DNA of 64,000 bases from the sequence record LC494302.1; one strand, given 5' to 3'. Positions 29,065 to 37,756 of this stretch are shown one piece after another. Each line of letters opens with the position of its first letter. Position 1 is the stretch's first letter. Under the pieces are notes generated by a model. The model saw only the letters and a program-made list of their open reading frames with translations, was not told the origin of the DNA and did no database searches. Position numbers and translations under genes: made by a program.

Positions 29065-29500
29065 GGAAAGTAAATGTATTTCACAAAAAGTTGGTTGTGT
29101 TATTGTTAAAAATAACCGAGTATTGAGTACTGGATACAATGGTACTCCATCAAAACAACCAAATTGTTGTGATGTGAATCAACACTTAGTCAATGATGGA
29201 CGTTTTCAAGACTGGGTTAGTGATGAAGCAAAGCATGAACATCATGAGTGGAGTAATATTCATGAAATCCATGCTGAAATGAACGCTTTACTCTATAGTT
29301 CTCCTACTGAACGTCAAGGTGCTACTCTTTACACAACACTACAACCATGTTATACTTGTTCTAAGTTGATCGCAGGTAGTGGGATTTCACGTGTAATTTA
29401 TCTCAAAAATTATCCTCGTACACCACCAGAAGCTATTAAAGTACTGGAAGATGCTGGAATTATTGTTAATTGCATTTATGATAAGGGTCTTGATAAATGA
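29021..29500 (+). CDS. cd: dCMP deaminase
   Basis: KVGCVIV, STGYNG, HAEMNAL, TLQPCYTC, SGISRVIY. Confidence 0.93.
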   Translation: MKHTTWLKIAEVVAEESKCISQKVGCVIVKNNRVLSTGYNGTPSKQPNCCDVNQHLVNDGRFQDWVSDEAKHEHHEWSNIHEIHAEMNALLYSSPTERQGATLYTTLQPCYTCSKLIAGSGISRVIYLKNYPRTPPEAIKVLEDAGIIVNCIYDKGLDK

Positions 29501-29754
29501 CAGTAATAATTATTATTGCTTTTCTAATAACAGTGTTTTTCATTTTTATGTTATATATAGTTGCTATGGATGAACCTAATACTTCTTTTCGAAATTATGA
29601 AGTTCGTTTTTCTGCACAAAATAATAAGTACTATATTGTAAACTGTATACACCGTAGTGAGAAAAGGGTAACAAGTAGATTTGGATTTACCATTTATTAT
29701 AAAGACCGAGTAGAAGCTGATATGATTTGTCAGAAGCTTAATACTGTAGAATAA
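29497..29754 (+). CDS. small membrane-anchored protein
   Basis: N-terminal hydrophobic helix. Confidence 0.7.
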   Translation: MTVIIIIAFLITVFFIFMLYIVAMDEPNTSFRNYEVRFSAQNNKYYIVNCIHRSEKRVTSRFGFTIYYKDRVEADMICQKLNTVE

Positions 29755-29782
29755 AAAAAGGAGCCGTATGGCTCCTTTTTTT
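29754..29782. terminator. bidirectional intrinsic terminator between convergent genes
   Basis: A-tract, GGAGCC-gtat-GGCTCC, T-tract. Confidence 0.85.
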
Positions 29783-29783
29783 G

Positions 29784-30161
29784 TTAACCAGGGAGGTTAC
29801 AATAATACAAATCCCAAGGGTGATATTTCATCGCACCAGTACTCAATTTAATTTTATGAAACTGGAATGATTCGGCAAATGCACTATCGTCAATCTTAAT
29901 ACAAAAAGTGTTTTTGGCTAGAGTTGGTGCAATTTCCAATGCTGTTTTAGATGCATCTAATCTAATTTTATCTTTATCATAACTAGTGATAGTTACAAAA
30001 CGATAAACATTAAAATCAGTATCAATGAGATCGTAAACACAACTAGAACGTTGATTAAAGATGTTCAAGTTATATTTCAATTCACCGTTTATATTAGCTG
30101 CGGTTACACAAAACCCGCCGATATTGAATGGTAGTTTACCTTGTGCTGCGATAGCTTTCAT
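29784..30161 (-). CDS. hypothetical protein, only credible minus-strand gene
   Basis: 125 aa; AAAGGA SD on the minus strand; fills a gap with no + strand ORF; ends at the bidirectional terminator. Confidence 0.8.
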   Translation of the reverse strand: MKAIAAQGKLPFNIGGFCVTAANINGELKYNLNIFNQRSSCVYDLIDTDFNVYRFVTITSYDKDKIRLDASKTALEIAPTLAKNTFCIKIDDSAFAESFQFHKIKLSTGAMKYHPWDLYYCNLPG

Positions 30162-30371
30162 ATTTTATTTCCTTTTTTAAATATAAGTATGAAATATATT
30201 TGTTTTTTACATCAGATGCACCATGAACTAGTTGACAAAACATCAGTGGTATGATATGATCTGTTATAAACTGTACACCTTAAGTTTTATTTTTAAAAAT
30301 TTGAGTTAAGTACAGAAAAAGTTTGACTTAAGTGTTTAAGTACTATATTATTTATATCTTCCTAAACAAAA

Positions 30372-30995
30372 TTGAGGACTTGTTATATGAAAAGACTATG
30401 GCTTGAAGTGATACAAGCAGCAATGTTTCTATTGTTAATAAATTTTCCAGCCAGTGCTGGTATTGAAAGTAAAAATGTGATAAAGTATAATCCTGAAACC
30501 CGAAATGTATATTTCATATCAGATATTACAGATGGGTCACTCAAGAGAATGATAGAGTTGTATGATAAAGAACACTATGATACCATCACAATTACATCTC
30601 CTGGTGGTGATTTTGATGCAGGTATTCGAATGGCAAACTTTGTTAGAGACAATGGGATAAATTTAATTGTTTCTAGGTATTGCAATTCAGCATGTACTGT
30701 GGTATTCTTTAGTGTATCTCCCGAAAAGCGATATATGACAAATCGCTCAGTACTGGGTCTTCATAACATTTCGATTAAAAGTAATGTTACTGATGGTGAT
30801 AATTCATTTGTGTCTGTAAGACAGCTATCAACTTTTACCGAAGAAATGGCAACAAAGGTAGGTTTCCTTTTTTCACTATATGCAGCAAATGGAATCCCAC
30901 CAGAAGTTCTATTTAGAGTTAGTCGTTCTCGTGGTGAAGATGTTGTAATATTAACAAAACCAGAACTGGTTTTTTACGGTTCAGTCAAACAATAA
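30372..30995 (+). CDS. exported ClpP/crotonase-fold protein (COG3904-like)
   Basis: signal-peptide-like N-terminus; ITSPGG, CNSAC, LGLH. Confidence 0.7.
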   Translation: MRTCYMKRLWLEVIQAAMFLLLINFPASAGIESKNVIKYNPETRNVYFISDITDGSLKRMIELYDKEHYDTITITSPGGDFDAGIRMANFVRDNGINLIVSRYCNSACTVVFFSVSPEKRYMTNRSVLGLHNISIKSNVTDGDNSFVSVRQLSTFTEEMATKVGFLFSLYAANGIPPEVLFRVSRSRGEDVVILTKPELVFYGSVKQ

Positions 30996-31065
30996 AAATA
31001 ATTAAAATAACAGGATGATTATGATGTACTTCCTTTGTTATTAATTATATTGAGATTATATAACT

Positions 31066-31326
31066 ATGACAAACATCCAAAACTTGACATCTATTATTTT
31101 TTATGCTACTGTAGTAATGTATGCTACAGTTATTTTTCTAACAGTTTTCATTTACAAAGATTATCGTAATGGCTTTATTGATCCAACTACAATGAAGTTC
31201 AATTCAAAATTCGAAGCAATAATTTATTATGTACTATCAACTTCATACTTGGTGTGCCTAATGTTGTTAGGAGCACTAATTTATATCTTATACACAACAT
31301 TATTTGCAATTGGAGCTATTTTATGA
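31066..31326 (+). CDS. small membrane protein
   Basis: two hydrophobic segments. Confidence 0.65.
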   Translation: MTNIQNLTSIIFYATVVMYATVIFLTVFIYKDYRNGFIDPTTMKFNSKFEAIIYYVLSTSYLVCLMLLGALIYILYTTLFAIGAIL

Positions 31327-31916
31327 CCTGTATTATTGCACACACTGACGGAGTAAGTTCTTTTATTGCTGGCGATAAGTTAGGAAGCAATGGATTTACA
31401 AAAACTGTTCAAACTGAGCCAAAGGTATTCGAGAAAGAATTTATCAAGTTACATGATGATGGACTAACTAGAACTAAAGAAGTAATGGCATTGGGTTATA
31501 CTACATCATTTCGTATGGGTCAGTTGTTAAATTATAACCTTAATTTACCTGAACAAGCTGCTGGTCAAACATTTTCACAATATTTGGTTCTTAAAGTTAT
31601 TCCAATCATTCGTCAAATGTTTAAAGAAGAATGGGGTTCACGAGATGCATCACAAGATGTAGGTGGTGGACAATTTATCATTCTCCACAATCATACAATC
31701 TATGAAGTTCAAGAAGACTTTTCAGTACTACAACCTAAAACAAGAATTACCGCAGTAGGTAGTGGGACATATCATGCAATTGCAGCAATGCAAGCATATA
31801 TTGAAGTTGAGAACGAATCTAAAAAACCACTACACGAACGTATCAAATCAATTTTTAAAATTGTTAGTGATAATGTAACAAGCGTAAGCGAAGAGTTTGA
31901 TGTTTTAAAATATTAA
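31323..31916 (+). CDS. Ntn-hydrolase (HslV/proteasome-beta-like) protein
   Basis: start MTCIIA behind GGAG (N-terminal Thr nucleophile), AGD, KVF, SFRMGQLL, AVGSG..HAIAAM. Confidence 0.75.
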   Translation: MTCIIAHTDGVSSFIAGDKLGSNGFTKTVQTEPKVFEKEFIKLHDDGLTRTKEVMALGYTTSFRMGQLLNYNLNLPEQAAGQTFSQYLVLKVIPIIRQMFKEEWGSRDASQDVGGGQFIILHNHTIYEVQEDFSVLQPKTRITAVGSGTYHAIAAMQAYIEVENESKKPLHERIKSIFKIVSDNVTSVSEEFDVLKY

Positions 31917-31943
31917 AAGTACTAATATTATAAGAGAGAATAG

Positions 31944-32138
31944 ATGATGGCATACACAATTTATGAATGGGTTTTGAGTTTTTTTATAGTTTTTTCTATT
32001 GTTGTAATTTATAACAATGCTAAATGCTTATATAGGGACTTGAAATCCAATGGTTATCACAAAGATAATAATTTTATGTATGCCTATCATATTGGAATCA
32101 TTCTGTTATTATCAATATATTTAATTGTTTTTTTATAA
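31944..32138 (+). CDS. small membrane protein
   Basis: two hydrophobic segments. Confidence 0.6.
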   Translation: MMAYTIYEWVLSFFIVFSIVVIYNNAKCLYRDLKSNGYHKDNNFMYAYHIGIILLLSIYLIVFL

Positions 32139-32141
32139 GGA

Positions 32142-32900
32142 TTGAATATGATATCAGAAAAATTTATAAGAAATGAAGGTAAAAAGCGATTACTGATTAT
32201 ATCAGGTGCAGGACTTTCTGTTGAAAGTGGTATGGAACCTTTTCGATTTGATGATGGTTTGTGGGATACATTTAAAATTAATGATGTATGTAACATTGCG
32301 AGTTTAACTACAAAATATCATGTTGTTCATTCTTTCTATAATACATTACGTGTAAAATTGGGACAATGCGAACCGAATGCAATGCATTATTTTATAAAAT
32401 CGTTAGAAGATCAATATGGTGATTGCTTCCTTCATATGACTTCTAACATGGACGATCTTTATACTCGTATTGGTGGTCATGAGCTTAAACTTCATGGAAA
32501 CTTGTGTGAAGTTATTGAAAATTATAGTATCAATTCCGATGATTATAATGTTATTAACTGCGGATACGAACCATACATACCAAAACATGATGTTTTTGCT
32601 AAACCAAATGTAGTAATGATTGGAGAATATCATCGTTATGTTGATGGTATTCGCTTACCAATTTACGAAGAACGAAATAATGTGTTGAAATCTCTTAATG
32701 AAAATGATACAGTTATTGTAATTGGTAGTAGCGATACAGTACTGGTATGGTCGAGATTAGCAGCAGCATTGCCATGTTATAGTGTTAATGTTAACATTCG
32801 TAAAAATGATAATGATTTTTTGTTTAATGAAAAAGTTATCAAGCCAGCAACCAAAGCAATACCGCATCTAGAGACTATAATTAAGGAACGTATGAAATGA
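32142..32900 (+). CDS. Sir2-family NAD-dependent deacylase
   Basis: SGAGLSVESG..FR..DGLW, TSNMDDL, LHG, KPNVV, IGSS. Confidence 0.9.
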   Translation: MNMISEKFIRNEGKKRLLIISGAGLSVESGMEPFRFDDGLWDTFKINDVCNIASLTTKYHVVHSFYNTLRVKLGQCEPNAMHYFIKSLEDQYGDCFLHMTSNMDDLYTRIGGHELKLHGNLCEVIENYSINSDDYNVINCGYEPYIPKHDVFAKPNVVMIGEYHRYVDGIRLPIYEERNNVLKSLNENDTVIVIGSSDTVLVWSRLAAALPCYSVNVNIRKNDNDFLFNEKVIKPATKAIPHLETIIKERMK

Positions 32901-33448
32901 GTGTTAAAGAAGTTCCCTTTGGTGAATATGGCACACGTGCAAATTTTGTATTTTGTTATTTCTTTGCAAGAAAATGCAACCCTTACAAAAACTATGAGTT
33001 GAATGATATACCAGAAGTAAATTTAGTATTACTGCAATTACGATGGGATGGTCTTCTTGGTGGATGTGGTGGAACCGTAGAAAGTACTGATATCTCACTA
33101 GAAGATGCGTTGCGTCGTGAAGTTCAAGAAGAAATGGATTACAATATTTTTGTTTCCCATCTTCGACCACTCAAAACTTTTGAAATTTACCCAGGTGCAA
33201 ACAGTCATAGTTTTAGCTATGAAGTGAGCTATGACGAGTTGAAACACATTAGAGATGGATACACTAATGCTAAACATGCAAGTGCAGAAGTTGCTGGTGT
33301 AAATTTATGTCATATTTCTCGTTATTCTAAGGGACAAAATCGAGAAGCGGGATATAATAATCTTATGACACAGAACTTCATCGGTACAGCAAAACAAGAA
33401 TTGGAGTATCTGGTTCAAAAAGAAAACTTACTAATTAGTTATCTATAG
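32897..33448 (+). CDS. Nudix hydrolase, NUDT16-like
   Basis: LQLRWDGLLGGCGG...DISLEDALRREVQEEM Nudix box; C-terminal FIGTAKQEL. Confidence 0.85.
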   Translation: MSVKEVPFGEYGTRANFVFCYFFARKCNPYKNYELNDIPEVNLVLLQLRWDGLLGGCGGTVESTDISLEDALRREVQEEMDYNIFVSHLRPLKTFEIYPGANSHSFSYEVSYDELKHIRDGYTNAKHASAEVAGVNLCHISRYSKGQNREAGYNNLMTQNFIGTAKQELEYLVQKENLLISYL

Positions 33449-33457
33449 GAGTTTAAC

Positions 33458-33778
33458 ATGTCTTACTCAATGTTTTTGGATGATATTCGTGATGCAAATC
33501 TATATTATCCAAACCAAGATATGGTGGTATGTCGTGACTTTAAAAGTGCATGTGAATATGTTATTGAAAATGGAATTCCAGCATTTGTATCATTCGACCA
33601 TGACTTGGGTGATGTGAGCGAAGACGAAAAGACTGGATATTCTTTTGCTAAGTTTCTTATTGATTATATGTTTGATAATAATATTAAAGAACCGTTTGAG
33701 TACTTTGTTCACAGTAGTAATCCTGTTGGTAAAATTAATATTGAAACATACTTAAACAATGGATTTAACGCATTATGA
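33458..33778 (+). CDS. cyclic-phosphate-processing receiver (cREC)-like domain protein
   Basis: FLDDIR, VSFDHDLG, TGY, VHSSNPVG. Confidence 0.78.
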   Translation: MSYSMFLDDIRDANLYYPNQDMVVCRDFKSACEYVIENGIPAFVSFDHDLGDVSEDEKTGYSFAKFLIDYMFDNNIKEPFEYFVHSSNPVGKINIETYLNNGFNAL

Positions 33779-34077
33779 TTCAAACACACATCAAAAGTCT
33801 TATTTGTACTGTTCTGTTAGGTGCAGGAGTTCTTTGGTTCGGACAGTATCACGAGAACACTAAGCGTACCAACATTCACTACAATACCGCAGAAGTTGTT
33901 AGTTTAGGACAATGTAGCGAGTCCAAATGTTCATTTATGTATAAAACCCAAAATGGTGAAGTACGTAATGGACTATCAAGAGAACCAGTTTCAATTGGTC
34001 AACTTGTTTACCAGGAGTGCTGGGAAGAAAAGGTTCGAGGTTCACGTTGCTATGTTGAATACGAACCAAATATGTAA
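33775..34077 (+). CDS. membrane-anchored hypothetical protein
   Basis: N-terminal TM helix; four Cys in the soluble part. Confidence 0.7.
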   Translation: MIQTHIKSLICTVLLGAGVLWFGQYHENTKRTNIHYNTAEVVSLGQCSESKCSFMYKTQNGEVRNGLSREPVSIGQLVYQECWEEKVRGSRCYVEYEPNM

Positions 34078-34137
34078 TAATCCGAGTCAATAACATTAGT
34101 CGAGTACAAGGATGTACTCATAACTCAAGGATGTTTT

Positions 34138-35577
34138 ATGAAAAAATATACAATTGACACAAACGTACTACTATCTGACCCTAATGCATCTATTGCTTTT
34201 GATGGTGCTACAATCATTCTACCATTTACAGTACTGGAAGAATTGGATTCAATTAAGAGTCGTAATGTAGATGTTTCACGCGATGCTCGTGTTGCTATTC
34301 GTAACATTGAAGCAATTATTGCAGATGCATCACATGATGAGATTAGTAGTACTGGTGTTAATATTGCTGATGTTCATACCAATATGAATCCTGATAGCAA
34401 ATTGTTTGTTATTACAAACGAAGAAGCTGAAGCACTAATTCGTACTAAAGGTTCAGAAGAGAAAGTTCAAACCCTTCTCAAAAGCACAGTACCTGATGAT
34501 AAAATCATTCTGGTAGCTTTAGCAACAGAATCAGTACTGGTAACTCGTGATATCAACATGCGTATCAAAGCACTAAGTTATGGTGTCGAGGTACAAGATT
34601 ATCGCCATGATATTGTTATTGGTGATAGTGATTTGATTCACATTGGTCAACACCATTTGGAAATTAATTTTTGGGAAGTATATAGCAACTTAACCAATAC
34701 TAATATTCAATCCGAACAAGTTGGTCGTCGTTTGTATCATTACATTTCTAAAAGCTTGATTGAACATTTGCTTCCACAAAATCTATGCATCGGTGATTAT
34801 CTATATGATGATGCAGACGTATTATTTGTGTACGAAGGTCAATCAGCAATTGAGGAAGATGATGGAACACTAACACCAGAAGATATTTTGGTATTCCAAG
34901 ATATTGGACAATCAGTAGCTTTACGTGCTAAAGTATGGGATATTAAAGCAAAGAATATCCAACAAGCACTCGCCATCAACAGTATTCTCGATCCTGATGT
35001 ACATCTAACAGTACTGCTAGGTTCTGCTGGTACTGGTAAAACACTAATTACGATTGCTACTGCATTAGAATTAGTACTGGAAAAACGTAAATACGACCGA
35101 ATCATCTTCTCTAAAACTCAAGACTCACAGTTTGAAGATATTGGTTTCTTGCCAGGTTCAGAAGCAGAAAAAGTGATTCCATTCTGTGGAGCCGCAATTG
35201 ACGCGTTAGAGTTTCTTCATAAAGATGATGCTAACCCACAAGGTAGTATTGAAGAGATTATGAAACGTAATGTTATTCAATTTAAAGCACTAAACTTTGT
35301 ACGTGGACGTTCATTCACCAACACTATTCTAGTAGTTGATGAATTCCAAAACATTACACCTGCACAAGCCAAAACAATCTTGACACGAGCAGGATTAAAC
35401 TGTAAAGTAGTAATTATGGGTAACTTGAGTCAGATTGACAGTAAGTTTATTAGTCCTGTTAACAGTGGTTTGACATATGTAACTGAGAAGTTTAAAGATT
35501 GGGCAGGTTGTCGTGTCATCGAACTAGAAGGTGTTGTTCGTTCACCACTTGCAGAATTTGCTGAAGAAAATATGTAA
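34138..35577 (+). CDS. phoH: PIN-PhoH protein (PhoH2/YlaK-like)
   Basis: N-terminal PIN (IDTNVLL, EELD, DDKI, TRDINMRIKA); GSAGTGKT, GFLPG, RGRSF, DEFQN, GNLSQID, RSPLA. Confidence 0.93.
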   Translation: MKKYTIDTNVLLSDPNASIAFDGATIILPFTVLEELDSIKSRNVDVSRDARVAIRNIEAIIADASHDEISSTGVNIADVHTNMNPDSKLFVITNEEAEALIRTKGSEEKVQTLLKSTVPDDKIILVALATESVLVTRDINMRIKALSYGVEVQDYRHDIVIGDSDLIHIGQHHLEINFWEVYSNLTNTNIQSEQVGRRLYHYISKSLIEHLLPQNLCIGDYLYDDADVLFVYEGQSAIEEDDGTLTPEDILVFQDIGQSVALRAKVWDIKAKNIQQALAINSILDPDVHLTVLLGSAGTGKTLITIATALELVLEKRKYDRIIFSKTQDSQFEDIGFLPGSEAEKVIPFCGAAIDALEFLHKDDANPQGSIEEIMKRNVIQFKALNFVRGRSFTNTILVVDEFQNITPAQAKTILTRAGLNCKVVIMGNLSQIDSKFISPVNSGLTYVTEKFKDWAGCRVIELEGVVRSPLAEFAEENM

Positions 35578-35585
35578 TATTGTAT

Positions 35586-35614
35586 GGGACATAATGTCCC
35601 ATACATGATATAAT
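35586..35614 (+). promoter_or_regulatory. extended -10 promoter (GRACA class) with a perfect 10 bp inverted repeat over the -35
   Basis: TGTATGGGAC-ataat-GTCCCATACA then TGATATAAT. Confidence 0.72.
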
Positions 35615-35645
35615 GTTGTTATCATAATACAGAAGGAGATATAAA

Positions 35646-35834
35646 ATGGCTAAACAACCTAAGAAAAAAGAACCAGTAGCAAAAGTTAAGAAAGAGAAAG
35701 TTATTCAATCTAAAGAACAACGTATGTACGAACAACGTAAGAGTGAAACCCTATCCGGTCTACAAGCTCTACGCAAACAAGGTGTACTAACTCGTGCACA
35801 GTACCGTGAACTAGTAGCTCAGAAAGGTTTTTGA
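35646..35834 (+). CDS. small basic protein
   Basis: 62 aa; AAGGAG SD. Confidence 0.78.
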   Translation: MAKQPKKKEPVAKVKKEKVIQSKEQRMYEQRKSETLSGLQALRKQGVLTRAQYRELVAQKGF

Positions 35835-35938
35835 TTCATTTGAAGACATATTGTGGAGTTCTTAATAAATACTTTTATAAGAATAATAATACTTTTTATT
35901 AAATTAAAAAGAACTCCATGTGTTATTTCAGTTTTTCG

Positions 35939-35964
35939 TCCCTGTCTTTTGGCAGGGATTTTTT
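35939..35964 (+). terminator. intrinsic terminator
   Basis: TCCCTGTC-tttt-GGCAGGGA plus T-tract. Confidence 0.75.
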
Positions 35965-36060
35965 ATATCTATATCTTGACAAAAGGAACAAATCATGAGA
36001 ACATGTATTAAAGGAAGAATGACTTTCCATTAGGTTATTTTAACTTAAAGGAGATTTCAT

Positions 36061-36618
36061 ATGTTTTTTGACCAAACATTTACGTTGTATCACGATTCTG
36101 GTAAAGTTGAGATTATTGATAATCTGTTAGAGTACATTGCGGAACATGACGGTATAGACCGTTTCCACAGTAAGATGAAATTCGATTTAGCTGAATTCAA
36201 CAAAAAGAATCGTGAAACATTTTGGAAGAACCGTTTCTATTACGAAATGTTTCCAGAAAAGTTTGTGGGTTATTATCTTTGTACTGAAAAAGGATTACTT
36301 GTATCTCCTGATTTACTTATGGGTGAATACATGATACTCTATAATGAGTACTGGGAACATAAACGTAAAGCTCGTGATACGGAATGGCGACATAAGCGTT
36401 CGTATATGTACAAACATAACCACTCCCGATACAAGCGTCCTAAGACTCAGCAAGAGCGTCGTATGGCTTGTGCAGTACTGAAGGATGAGGGGGAACCTGA
36501 TATACGTGGAAGACGTAAGATGCGTTCATTACCATCGTATTGGGACGATATCAGAACAAGACATAGTACTGGCTGGAAATACAGTACTAAACGTAAACAT
36601 CAATACAAAGGGAGCTAA
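36061..36618 (+). CDS. hypothetical protein with basic C-terminal domain
   Basis: LPSYWDDI...GWK..KRKHQY; AAGGAG SD. Confidence 0.8.
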   Translation: MFFDQTFTLYHDSGKVEIIDNLLEYIAEHDGIDRFHSKMKFDLAEFNKKNRETFWKNRFYYEMFPEKFVGYYLCTEKGLLVSPDLLMGEYMILYNEYWEHKRKARDTEWRHKRSYMYKHNHSRYKRPKTQQERRMACAVLKDEGEPDIRGRRKMRSLPSYWDDIRTRHSTGWKYSTKRKHQYKGS

Positions 36619-36636
36619 TGCTCCCTAATTTTATAG

Positions 36637-36975
36637 GTGAACTTTATGAACAAAATTGACGTTACTGTAGTGATTGGTTATATTGAAATTGAACCGTGTG
36701 GCATTGATACCTTTATTGACACTCTTAATAAGTATCGTGCTGAATATAACGGTCCCATTAGTCTTTCACCCGACGGTGGTTACGGCGGTTTTCATGGATA
36801 CAATGTAATTTGGACCAGAGAAGAAACTGACGAAGAATATAATACACGAATTGAAGCTGAATCTAAAAGATGTGAAGAAATTGAACGCCAAGAAATGAAA
36901 CACTTAATGAACAAGAAATCATTAAGTACCGAAGAGAAATCTAAACTGCTAAAATACATCAAGGATTACATGTAA
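36637..36975 (+). CDS. hypothetical protein
   Basis: 112 aa; REETDEEYNTR. Confidence 0.75.
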   Translation: MNFMNKIDVTVVIGYIEIEPCGIDTFIDTLNKYRAEYNGPISLSPDGGYGGFHGYNVIWTREETDEEYNTRIEAESKRCEEIERQEMKHLMNKKSLSTEEKSKLLKYIKDYM

Positions 36976-37625
36976 TGAAAAATGTAACTCAAGAAAAGAT
37001 TCTGTACCTTGCAAAGTACAATGGTGGTTTCAATATCATTAGCCGTGAGTACAGTGGCAATTTGGCTAAGTTGATTGACAGTTTGTTAGAATTTGATTTC
37101 ATTAAATGGGAAACTAATGAACTTTGGTACGAATATGCTGGTCAGAAATGGGAAAGTGATTATGATAATGCAATACATTCATACACTATCACCAAAGCAG
37201 GTGAAGTTCGATTAGCCATTATGCGTTGTGCATATACTTACAAAAATCATAAAGGTGAAGAAAAACATATTCGCAGAAATGAAGAGCTATTACTTCTCAT
37301 GGAAGCAGCAAAAGTTACAATGCATGATTTGTTCCACCACCCACGTTGGTATGAAAATTTAACAAAAGCAGAGTACAAAGCTTTACGTTACATTGATGAA
37401 CAAAACAACACCCCAGTTGAAGTTAATGTTGTTAGTGATGATGAACTAAGCCTCAAAAATGTATTTGAAAGTACCAGTACTGAAAGTATTACAGACATTT
37501 CTGTACAGATGGCACTAAAAGCAATGGAACTTTTCAAGACACAATATGAAGGACACAGTGCTGAAGAAGTAGAGCGTGAGTTCATTACACGCGTACAGAT
37601 TGCATTGTTCCAATCGAAAAAGTAG
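36975..37625 (+). CDS. hypothetical protein
   Basis: 216 aa; TAATG overlap. Confidence 0.78.
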   Translation: MKNVTQEKILYLAKYNGGFNIISREYSGNLAKLIDSLLEFDFIKWETNELWYEYAGQKWESDYDNAIHSYTITKAGEVRLAIMRCAYTYKNHKGEEKHIRRNEELLLLMEAAKVTMHDLFHHPRWYENLTKAEYKALRYIDEQNNTPVEVNVVSDDELSLKNVFESTSTESITDISVQMALKAMELFKTQYEGHSAEEVEREFITRVQIALFQSKK

Positions 37626-37637
37626 GATGATGTGCAC

Positions 37638-37666
37638 TTGACATGTTCGCTTTGCAATGCGATAAT
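37638..37666 (+). promoter_or_regulatory. sigma70-type promoter
   Basis: TTGACA-N17-GATAAT. Confidence 0.6.
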
Positions 37667-37756
37667 ATGAGTTCAGAAGAGATGGAACGTGAGTTCCTTA
37701 CTTACATGAATGTTAAACTAGCCAAATGGCGTAAATCAATTCAATAGGTATTTTAA

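Noticed and set aside
34080-34137. Pho box upstream of phoH
   Set aside because: No CTGTCAT-type 11 bp-spaced direct repeats.
37614-37630. -1 frameshift at G-AAA-AAG joining 36975-37625 to the duplicated module
   Set aside because: The -1 frame hits TGA at 37628 after two codons, so no fusion is possible.
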